Virus record (IMG/VR): IMGVR_UViG_3300032074_000009
Location: 1 to 43,022 of that record
DNA from: a virus
Lineage: Duplodnaviria > Caudoviricetes
Direction: 5' to 3' (one strand)
DNA length: 43,022 nt
Below the pieces are notes generated by a model that was not told where the DNA came from, did no database searches, and was given only the letters and a program-made list of their open reading frames with translations. Made by a program: the position numbers and the translations under genes. Position 1 is the first letter of the stretch; every line of letters starts with the position of its first letter. Below, in pieces: positions 35,788 to 43,022 of the stretch.

Positions 35788-37005
35788 TTAGGCCGGTACG
35801 ACGCTGCCAGTGATGAAGGCAGCCGGGCGATAGACCGCGAGAGCGACGCGTTCCTCCCCGCGCACAGTCACCATGTTTTTGACGAAATTGTCCTGGTCCT
35901 CGGTGCTCAGCAAAACCTCGATCGCCATGCGGTCGAATAGCTGCGCGCCGAGCCGGAACGCGCCGGTCAGGAACACGCCCGACGCCATAGCTTGGGTTGC
36001 CACGACGGGCAGGCCCCACAGCGTCGGCGCCGCGATGCCCTGCGGATTGGCGAACAGATATTCGCCCTGCGTCGTCTTGGTCATCTCGACGCGCGCCCAA
36101 TCAATCGGGTTGAGCACGAACCCGCTGCTCGGGTACTCGGCGAGCGCCGCTTGCAGCGCGGCGAGGCGCAGAATGTCGATGCTCGTCAGGTCGCCGTCGG
36201 GAGTGAACGGCGCGGCGTATGCGGTCGCCTGCGGGATGATGCCGTGCAGGTTCGCGCCAGAGCCCGAGCCGTTCAGGATTTGATTTTCCTCGACGAGTTG
36301 CAGCCCGTAGCGCAGTCGCCCGTCGATGATCGACCGCAGTTGCGGCGCGTCATCCATGACCTGGCGGCTCGCCTTGAACGTGTGCGCCAGGGTGCGCACG
36401 GGCGAATTCACGAGGTCAAAGGTGATGTTGCTTTGCGGCTTCAACGCGCCCTCGGCGACCGGCGCCGCCGCGTTCGTCCAGCCGGTCTCGCGCACATACT
36501 CGATGTTGCCCGAGGTGGTTTCGCCGGGGGTGATGAGGTCGCGCACCACGAGGCGCCGGTCGGGCAGCATGACAGTGACGCCGCGCCGATCGGCCGGCAC
36601 GAGGCTGGTCGACGCCGAAACGCCCGTGCCAACGGTGCTCGATGCCGTGGTGATATCCTTGTATTCGACGCGCAGCGCCACCGTGCCGCGAGTGCCCGAG
36701 TGGAACCCCTTCACGCGCTCGTCGCCGAGCACATGATCGCCGAGCGACTTCATCTCGACGGGCTCGGCGCCGCTGCCGCGACGGGCGAGGCGCTGTTCAA
36801 TCTCGCCCAGCCGCGCGTTCGTGGCGCCAAGCTCTACCAGCGCCTTGTCGGCGAGCGCCTTGGTCTCGTCGGTCATCTTGCCGAAATTCTTGATTTCGGT
36901 CGTCGCCTGTTCGGCGAACCGCTTGGTCTCGTCAGAGACCTTTTTCATGCTGTCGCCGAGCGACTTGAATTCGGTTTCAATGTTCGTGTCGTCGAGCGGG
37001 GGCAT
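35788..37005 (-). CDS. Major capsid protein, HK97 fold
   Basis: N-terminal coiled delta domain; VAEGALKPQS, ILNGSG, LWGLPVV, NFVKNMVTVRGEER. Confidence 0.96.
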   Translation of the reverse strand: MPPLDDTNIETEFKSLGDSMKKVSDETKRFAEQATTEIKNFGKMTDETKALADKALVELGATNARLGEIEQRLARRGSGAEPVEMKSLGDHVLGDERVKGFHSGTRGTVALRVEYKDITTASSTVGTGVSASTSLVPADRRGVTVMLPDRRLVVRDLITPGETTSGNIEYVRETGWTNAAAPVAEGALKPQSNITFDLVNSPVRTLAHTFKASRQVMDDAPQLRSIIDGRLRYGLQLVEENQILNGSGSGANLHGIIPQATAYAAPFTPDGDLTSIDILRLAALQAALAEYPSSGFVLNPIDWARVEMTKTTQGEYLFANPQGIAAPTLWGLPVVATQAMASGVFLTGAFRLGAQLFDRMAIEVLLSTEDQDNFVKNMVTVRGEERVALAVYRPAAFITGSVVPA

Positions 37006-37018
37006 TGCTGCGCAATCC

Positions 37019-37744
37019 TTATCGGAAGGAAGGAAGGGAAAAGCCGTTCAGCGTCGTCGCCAGGTCGTCGAGCGCGGCGCGTGTCGGCAGCGATTTCGCC
37101 TCGCCTCTACTCTCCCGAGTGAGAAGGCTCCGGTAGCCGCCGCCGGCGAAAGCGACAGCCTGCGAGCGAGACAGATGGAACGGCGCTTCCCGCAGCAATT
37201 CCTCCATTTCGCGCAGCGATGGCGGGTCGCCCGAGGCGAGCCGCGATTTGATGTTGTCGACGCGGGCGAACGCGTTGCACGGGTCGTCGACAAGCGAAAC
37301 CTCGCCCAGCGCGGCCGACTTGATCGTGCGTTTCGGCTCGCCGGGGTTGCGCCCGTAGGTCGCGCCGTTGCCGCGCACCTTGAACCCGATCGAAAGCCCG
37401 CCGATCGCGCCATCTTTGACGCGCTCGTACAGCAGGCGGCCCGCGTCGGTGTTCATGCCGCTGATTTTGCCGACGACGCGCAGGCCGTTTTCATCCTCGG
37501 TCATCGAGCGCCACACGCCGACGCCACGCACGCCGCCAAGCTCGGGCAGCCCGTGGTTTAGGTGCATCGGCACCTGGCGGCCGAGCGCCTTGCGTTCGGC
37601 CAGGCTGTCGGCAAAGGCGCCGGGCAGGATGCGGTCGCCGACGAAATCGGTCGTGTGAAAAACCGCGCCGTAGCCTTCAAACTCGCCCGACGCGTCGGCG
37701 CCGAGCGATTTGATTTCCAGGGTCGCGGCAAGATAGTCGGTCAT
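37019..37744 (-). CDS. HK97-family prohead protease
   Basis: FEGYGAVF..D..GDRILPGAF, NH, GLSIGF, EVSLVDDP.N. Confidence 0.94.
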   Translation of the reverse strand: MTDYLAATLEIKSLGADASGEFEGYGAVFHTTDFVGDRILPGAFADSLAERKALGRQVPMHLNHGLPELGGVRGVGVWRSMTEDENGLRVVGKISGMNTDAGRLLYERVKDGAIGGLSIGFKVRGNGATYGRNPGEPKRTIKSAALGEVSLVDDPCNAFARVDNIKSRLASGDPPSLREMEELLREAPFHLSRSQAVAFAGGGYRSLLTRESRGEAKSLPTRAALDDLATTLNGFSLPSFR

Positions 37745-39003
37745 GCGGGGGTGCCTCCAATGGCGGCCGGCGCCAGGTCCGCGCGCGTCGTCGCCTCGCC
37801 GAGCTTGTCGAGCGGCAGTTGATTGCTCTGCACCGTCAGGCTGTCGCCGCCAGGCAGCGAGACGAGCCCTTCCAATTTTCTCGCCTCGTTGCGGGTCATA
37901 ATGCCCGCCTCAACCATCGTTTTCATAAAGGCGGCGCGTCCCTGGCTGTCGGCGCGCAACAGCCCCTCGTGGTTGAAGTCGACTTCCACGCGCCCGCGCT
38001 CGGCCGGCAGGATCAACCGGCGCTTTATGGCGCCCTCGAAATTCTTGACGATGGGCCGCAACGTCAGCGTGTAGAAGCCGAGCAATTGGCTTTCCAGCCC
38101 GGTGCCCCACGATGTCGACTTTTCGGTGTGCCCGATAAGCCAAGGCGGCACGCCGTAGAGCCGGCAAATGCTCTCGATTTCAAACGAGCGCGTCGCCAAT
38201 AGCTCGGCGTCCTGCGGCGGCAGCGCGAAGCTCTGGAAGCTCCACCCGCCCTCTAGCAGCGGCACGCGCCCGGCATTGGCCGAGCCCTGGAAGTTGCCGA
38301 CATACGCCTGCGCGTCTTTGCGCTGCTGCGCCGAGAGCACGTTCGGGGCTTGCAGATAGCCCGATGTCCGCATCCCGTTGGCGAACAATTTGCCGGCGGT
38401 TTCCTCGGCAGCCATGGCAACGCCGAGCGAGTTGCGCGCCTGGCCGAGCGGCGACATGCCAGTGAGCCCGTCGAGCGACAGGTTTTTGACGTGCAGCACG
38501 TCGCCCTCGGCCACCTCGCGGGGGCCGTCGACTTCCTGCACCGTGTACACGAGCGCCCCGCGATCGTCGCGGCGCACGGCGATCATGTCGGGCCGCAGCG
38601 GCGTGAGCGCGACGACGCGCCCCATGACGCGGTGAATTTCGGCATAGGCGTTGCCCCATGCCAGGTAGGACACGCACAGCGCCGCCCAAAACTCGACGGC
38701 TGACATATCGGCATTCGGCGCCTCGTGCAGCAGCGCGAACAGCGGGTGATCGCGGCTCGGCACCATAGCCTCGCCGTTCCAAACCTTCACGTCGGCCGGC
38801 AGCGTGCCGAATGTCTGCGCGATAAGCCGGATACACGCATACACGGGCACGATTTGCAGCGCGTTGTCGACGCCGACATGCTTGCCGGTGCTGCTGCGCT
38901 GCCCGCCGAACCAATCGACGGTTATTGGGTCGGTGAGCTTCGCCGGCCCCTGTCGCCAGTAGCCGAGCACGCCCGAAATCGTCTTGTAGAACATGCTCGG
39001 CAT
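37741..39003 (-). CDS. HK97-family portal protein
   Basis: VYACIRLIA, WGNAYA, DGLTGMSP, ICRLYGVPP, GIMTRNEAR. Confidence 0.96.
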   Translation of the reverse strand: MPSMFYKTISGVLGYWRQGPAKLTDPITVDWFGGQRSSTGKHVGVDNALQIVPVYACIRLIAQTFGTLPADVKVWNGEAMVPSRDHPLFALLHEAPNADMSAVEFWAALCVSYLAWGNAYAEIHRVMGRVVALTPLRPDMIAVRRDDRGALVYTVQEVDGPREVAEGDVLHVKNLSLDGLTGMSPLGQARNSLGVAMAAEETAGKLFANGMRTSGYLQAPNVLSAQQRKDAQAYVGNFQGSANAGRVPLLEGGWSFQSFALPPQDAELLATRSFEIESICRLYGVPPWLIGHTEKSTSWGTGLESQLLGFYTLTLRPIVKNFEGAIKRRLILPAERGRVEVDFNHEGLLRADSQGRAAFMKTMVEAGIMTRNEARKLEGLVSLPGGDSLTVQSNQLPLDKLGEATTRADLAPAAIGGTPA

Positions 39004-39024
39004 GGGGCGCTTTCCGTTGTCGCG

Positions 39025-39294
39025 TTAGCCTTGCAGGACAGCGACGGTCGTTGCCTTCGTCGCCGCGCAAATGCCGGTAATCAGCCCCGCCGGAACATAG
39101 TTGTCCCATGTGATCGCCTCGCCGGCCGGCAGCGCATAGCCCGTCGTCAGCGCCGGGCCGCCGAAGCCGAGAAAACAGGTCTCGGCGCCGGTGTTCTTAA
39201 TCGACAGGTAGCGCCGGCCGCCGCCGCTCGCTTTGATGGTCGAGCTTGTCGCCGTCAGCGAGGCGCCGGTTTGCGTCATGGTGAAGGCTGTCAT
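39025..39294 (-). CDS. Small beta-rich protein, possibly virion decoration
   Basis: RRYLSIKNTG...FLGFG....GYALPAGE; AAGGA RBS. Confidence 0.65.
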   Translation of the reverse strand: MTAFTMTQTGASLTATSSTIKASGGGRRYLSIKNTGAETCFLGFGGPALTTGYALPAGEAITWDNYVPAGLITGICAATKATTVAVLQG

Positions 39295-39347
39295 GCGGGC
39301 AATCCTTGGGGGTTAGGGGTTGAGGGTCGGCAGCCTTCGCCGCGCCG

Positions 39348-41165
39348 TCAGGCGTCGGCAAAGATCGGATTGCGCAGAAACTCGCCGATGTCGGCTTGCC
39401 CGTCGTCGCTGGCTTGCGCCCGACCTATCGCCATCATTAGGGCAATCGCCGCGTCAATTTTCGCGTCGCGCGACTTCGCCGGAAACAGGTTGCCTCGGCG
39501 ATCTTCCTGGCCGACGACATTGCCGATGCACCATGACGTGACGGGGTTGCCATCGTGTTGCAGCCGGCCGCCGCGCATCGCCGCATCTAGCTCGTTGATG
39601 GCGGGCGAGAGGTTCTGCACGTTGCACCGGAAGTCGTGCATGGGAACGCCCTCGGCGCGAAGTCGCTGCGACAGAAACGCCGACTGCCAAGGGTCATTTC
39701 CGACCGACACGACGCGGAAGCGCGCGCATAGGTCTCGAATGTCATCCTCGATCGCGCCGAAATCGGTCTCGTCGCCTGGCGTGACGACGAGGTGCCCGGC
39801 CGCCGCCCAGCCGGGATAGCTCGGGTTCCGCGCGTCGCGCACCGCCGCCTCGTTCAGATAGCAGCGGGAGAAACAGCGATAGGTCGGCCGCCCTTCCTCG
39901 TCGCGGCCGGGGAACACGATGGACAGCGCGGCGAGGTCGGTTTTGCGCGCCAGGTCAAGCCCGATATGGCATTCCTCGCCCTCGAAATCGTCGAGCTTTA
40001 GGCTGCTATCCTCGGCTTCCTGCCAGGCTCGCACGCTGAACAGCGCCTCGTCGGCACCGACCCACACGTTCAGATGGCGGGTTTTGGCGGCGGCTTCCTG
40101 CGCGGGGTTGTTCCTCGCCTGCCGCATGATGGCGCGGATCGCGTCGGGCTGCACCGCCTGCCCCCATGACGGGTTTGCCTTGATCCAAGCCGCCTCGGCC
40201 CAAGGGTCGTCGTCGTCGTCGATCGTGTACAGGATGGCGAACAGGGTCTCGTCGTGCTGCTGCCCTTCCAGCACGCGCGCGGCGTAATCCCATAGTTGCT
40301 TGCCGATACCGGCGGTGTTGCCCGTGGCGGTGCTGATGCTCAACAGCAGCGGGTGTTTGCGCTTGCCCATCGCCGTCAGCAGAACGTCGTAAACCTCGCT
40401 CGTCTTATGCGAGGCGATTTCGTCGCAGACGGCGACCTGCACGTTCAGGCCGTCGAGCGCCTTCGCATCCGACGAAATCGGCCGAAACCGGCTGTAGCTC
40501 GACGCCTGATAGATGCTGTTCGCCTGCGCCGCGATGTCAAAGCGATGGTCTGTCGTCAGGCTCGGCGTCGACTTCACCATGTTTCGCGCCACGTCGAACA
40601 GAATTCGCGCCTGGTCGCGGGTCACGGCGGCGGCGAAGCCCTCGGCGCCGCCTTCGCCTTCCATGAATGTCAGATACATCGCCAGCGGCGCGGCAATCGT
40701 GGTTTTCCCGTTGCCTCGCGGCACGAACACGACGGCTTGGCGATAGCGCCGCGTCGTGGTGCCGCGCTGCACCCATCCGAACACCTGGCCGAAGATGAAG
40801 CATTGCCACGGCATGAGCCGCATCGGCTTGCCCGCCTCTGGCCCTTTGATATTCGGCAGCATCGACGCGAACAGCATCGCCCGGTCGGCGAGGTCGGCGC
40901 GAAACTCGTATTTGCTGCCCGGCCGGGCCGATGCCGCCAGGTCGCGGGCGAACCGCTCGCACGCCTGCCGCACGTATTTGCAAGCCGGCACGAGCCCGGC
41001 GAGCACGTCGCGGGCATACCGCATCCCCGACGCGACGAACGGCGCCGAGGCGTCGAGCCCGGCCGGGATCGGGATTGCCTGGCTGTCGAGCGGCGCCAGC
41101 CGAGGCGCGCGGCGCACGGGCGGGGCCGCCAGCGGCTTACGGGCCACGGCGGGAAGGGAAGTCAT
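39348..41165 (-). CDS. terL: Terminase large subunit
   Basis: LMPWQ, Walker A VPRGNGKT, Walker B VCDE, ISTA, GLDLA, KIDAAIA. Confidence 0.97.
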   Translation of the reverse strand: MTSLPAVARKPLAAPPVRRAPRLAPLDSQAIPIPAGLDASAPFVASGMRYARDVLAGLVPACKYVRQACERFARDLAASARPGSKYEFRADLADRAMLFASMLPNIKGPEAGKPMRLMPWQCFIFGQVFGWVQRGTTTRRYRQAVVFVPRGNGKTTIAAPLAMYLTFMEGEGGAEGFAAAVTRDQARILFDVARNMVKSTPSLTTDHRFDIAAQANSIYQASSYSRFRPISSDAKALDGLNVQVAVCDEIASHKTSEVYDVLLTAMGKRKHPLLLSISTATGNTAGIGKQLWDYAARVLEGQQHDETLFAILYTIDDDDDPWAEAAWIKANPSWGQAVQPDAIRAIMRQARNNPAQEAAAKTRHLNVWVGADEALFSVRAWQEAEDSSLKLDDFEGEECHIGLDLARKTDLAALSIVFPGRDEEGRPTYRCFSRCYLNEAAVRDARNPSYPGWAAAGHLVVTPGDETDFGAIEDDIRDLCARFRVVSVGNDPWQSAFLSQRLRAEGVPMHDFRCNVQNLSPAINELDAAMRGGRLQHDGNPVTSWCIGNVVGQEDRRGNLFPAKSRDAKIDAAIALMMAIGRAQASDDGQADIGEFLRNPIFADA

Positions 41166-41201
41166 ATTGATCCTATAAGTTGAGGGGGCAAACTTTGCCG
41201 C

Positions 41202-41231
41202 TTGCCATGTTTTACGGCGTGTTATACGTTC
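41202..41231 (+). promoter_or_regulatory. Predicted promoter TTGCCA-N17-TACGTT with tandem motif copy 3 filling the spacer
   Basis: TGTTTTACGGCG TGTTATACGTTC at 41208-41231. Confidence 0.65.
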
Positions 41232-41279
41232 GTTTTGGTCCTACTGGATAGGGCTGCGATACAACCAAAAGGCTTACAC

Positions 41280-41528
41280 ATGCTCAACGAGCACCCCGCC
41301 CTCGTGCTGAACCCCACCGACGCCGCAGCGGTCGCGCTGGCGCTCGGCGTCGCCGCCCGCGTCAGCCAGGCCGCCGGCTTCCTGACTGCTGCGGCCGAGA
41401 CCCACATGCTCGCGGCGCGGGCTTGGGATGCCGCCGGCGCCCGGTCCAACGCCATGCGGGCCGAGGTGCGCGCCACCCGCTGCCGGCTGGCGGCGATCGT
41501 CACCGGCGGGAAGGAAGCCGCCGCATGA
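41280..41528 (+). CDS. Ala-rich hypothetical protein
   Basis: First gene of the coupled antisense operon. Confidence 0.6.
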   Translation: MLNEHPALVLNPTDAAAVALALGVAARVSQAAGFLTAAAETHMLAARAWDAAGARSNAMRAEVRATRCRLAAIVTGGKEAAA

Positions 41529-41713
41529 GCCCGCAGGACATCGCCGACATCGCTCGGGGGCTCGACATTCTGCGATGGGTGCCCCTGGCGATGGTGTTCG
41601 TCGCGCTCGGCGTCTCGTTGAGCGCGGCGCTGTACGGCGTCGTCGCCGCCCTGCTGCAAATCCATCACGAGCAAACCGCCGCGCAGCAGCGGCGCTATTG
41701 GCGGCGCGATTGA
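41525..41713 (+). CDS. Small membrane protein
   Basis: WVPLAMVFVALGVSLSAALYGVVAALL; ATGA coupling. Confidence 0.65.
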   Translation: MSPQDIADIARGLDILRWVPLAMVFVALGVSLSAALYGVVAALLQIHHEQTAAQQRRYWRRD

Positions 41714-41940
41714 GCCCCGCCCGGTTCGCCGAGCTTCGCGCCATGGCGCGGCTCTCGTTGCGGGATTGCGTCAGGCTGTCGGGCTACAGCTACGGCGCGG
41801 TTCAGAATTGGCACACGGGGGCGGCAGCAATGCCGCCCCGTTTTGCGTCCTGGCTGGAAGCATTCGGCCCGGCCGTCGATGCGATATGGCGGGGAATGCC
41901 GCCGCCACCACGCGAGCAACAGGGAAGCGATGCAACATGA
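41710..41940 (+). CDS. Small XRE-like HTH protein
   Basis: SPARFAELRAMARLSLRDCVRLSGYSYGAVQNWHTG....P; TTGA coupling. Confidence 0.7.
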   Translation: MSPARFAELRAMARLSLRDCVRLSGYSYGAVQNWHTGAAAMPPRFASWLEAFGPAVDAIWRGMPPPPREQQGSDAT

Positions 41941-42176
41941 GCAACGAACGCGATTTCGGCACCGCGCAGGCGGTTGAGATAGACCGGCCGCCGATGAACG
42001 AGGCCGAGCTTGACCAATGGGCGCACCTGGCGGCGCTGAACCTGCGGCGCCTGGCACGCGACCTAGAAGCCCTCGGGCCGCGCTACAGCCGCACGGCGCT
42101 GATGGCGCGGCGGGCGGTGCTGCAAGCCGAGGCCGACGGGCTGCTGCGGCCCGAGCCCGACGGGGGGCCGGCATGA
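41937..42176 (+). CDS. Hypothetical protein
   Basis: ATGA coupling. Confidence 0.6.
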   Translation: MSNERDFGTAQAVEIDRPPMNEAELDQWAHLAALNLRRLARDLEALGPRYSRTALMARRAVLQAEADGLLRPEPDGGPA

Positions 42177-42472
42177 GCGAGTTTCCGAAACTCGTGCGGC
42201 TCGGCGAGGCCGAAGCCGCCATTGAGCGCGGCGGGCATCGCCTGGTCGTCAGCGGCGACGGGGCGCGTCGCATCCTCGGGCGGCACGAACACATGCTGAC
42301 GCACGGCGAGCCCGAGGCCGCGATCTACCTGGCCGGGGTCATCGACGGGCTTGCTGCCGAGAGGCTGATGCAATCCGAGCGCACGCTTGCCAGGCTGCGG
42401 GAGAAAATCGACGCGGGCCGCGAGCTTATCCGGCGGGCCAAACTGCCGCTCGACGAGCCCGACGCGACCTAG
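42173..42472 (+). CDS. Hypothetical protein
   Basis: ATGA coupling; stop overlaps the terS stop. Confidence 0.6.
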   Translation: MSEFPKLVRLGEAEAAIERGGHRLVVSGDGARRILGRHEHMLTHGEPEAAIYLAGVIDGLAAERLMQSERTLARLREKIDAGRELIRRAKLPLDEPDAT

Positions 42473-42891
42473 TTTGCCGGCGCCTGGCTCGCGCCGGGCT
42501 GCGGCATCGCCGCCAGCCTATCCCATGGGCTGGCGGTGCTCTTTTCCTCGGGCCGCTGCGTCACCTTGCTGCGGCTGGCAGGCGTCGCGCCAAGCTCGGC
42601 CAGGCAGCGCAGCAATAGGGTAAGCTCCTGAACGGGGGTCGGTTCGTCCTGCTGCACCTTCGCGTAAATGCGCGCCGCGACAGCCAGAACCGGCCGATCG
42701 GCCGAGGTCAGCACCCGCGCCGGGGCATCAGCGACCATTTCCCGCCAGCATTGCGCGGCGATCGGCGACAGCCAGCGCGGCGGCTCGCCGACCGGGCCGG
42801 CGGGCTCGGGGTCTGCGCGCTTCCGCTGCGGGTCGTGCTCGAAAGCGCCGCTCAATTCCAAAACGGCAGTCGGTTTGCGCGGTCGGGCCAT
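42469..42891 (-). CDS. terS: Terminase small subunit (P27-like)
   Basis: MARPRKPTAVLELSG, PPRWLS..A..CW, LTSADR, LGATPASRSKV. Confidence 0.9.
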   Translation of the reverse strand: MARPRKPTAVLELSGAFEHDPQRKRADPEPAGPVGEPPRWLSPIAAQCWREMVADAPARVLTSADRPVLAVAARIYAKVQQDEPTPVQELTLLLRCLAELGATPASRSKVTQRPEEKSTASPWDRLAAMPQPGASQAPAN

Positions 42892-42933
42892 GGTTCCTGC
42901 TGCGATGTTTTGTGCGAAACAGCGGCGATCGGC

Positions 42934-42957
42934 TGTTTTACGGCGTGTTTTACGGGG
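42934..42957 (+). promoter_or_regulatory. Tandem motif copy 4 (TGTTTTACGGCG TGTTTTACGGGG)
   Basis: Best-conserved copy; upstream of terS. Confidence 0.65.
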
Positions 42958-43022
42958 CCAGAAAATGGCGGATTTCCGCCACCGTTACGGGGTCGTCGGT
43001 TTTGCGGGCGTAAAAGATCGTC

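Larger units (their letters stand above)
1..43022. mobile_element. Siphovirus-type phage genome, HK97-like head and RcGTA-like tail tip, probably near complete
   Basis: Full set of packaging, head, tail, lysis, replication and switch genes and no host housekeeping genes. Gene order is continuous across the two ends (NusG-HNH-small genes | terS-terL). Confidence 0.93.

Noticed and set aside
90-43022. Many long overlapping Arg/Ala/Pro-rich ORFs in the six-frame track (e.g. 2744..3691, 16185..17168, 28552..29475, 35992..37122)
   Set aside because: Shadow ORFs caused by high GC, lying opposite or out of frame with well-supported genes.
1-43022. tRNA, rRNA or CRISPR arrays
   Set aside because: None recognised by eye; tRNAscan-SE and Infernal were not run.

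Overview
The window looks like an essentially complete ~43 kb, high-GC tailed phage genome, opened between the HNH/small-gene cluster (left end) and terS (right end), the usual cos position in HK97-like phages. An alphaproteobacterial host is inferred from an RcGTA-like tail-tip module, a GcrA-like protein and a HisKA_2 kinase. The minus strand carries terS, terL, portal, protease, HK97-type capsid, neck, tail tube, frameshifted chaperones, tape measure, GTA-like baseplate, fibres and lysis enzymes. The left arm has a cI/cro-like switch, RusA, an O-like initiator with iterons, a NusG-like antiterminator, an HNH protein and Gp157/RecT-like recombination genes. No integrase, ParA, holin or spanin was recognised. 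The most unusual points are: (1) a 12-bp-period tandem motif TGTTTTAC-N4-TGTTTTAC at four intergenic sites, two of them on predicted promoters of antisense cassettes that interrupt the late region, one cassette encoding a ribbon-helix-helix-like candidate regulator; (2) an orphan membrane HisKA_2 kinase lacking the N-box Asn; (3) a secreted RlpA-like enzyme coupled to the GH19 endolysin; (4) all three convergent gene junctions share a CTAG double stop; (5) an array of small genes with repeated leaders. All protein calls come from motif recognition by eye; no database search was run.
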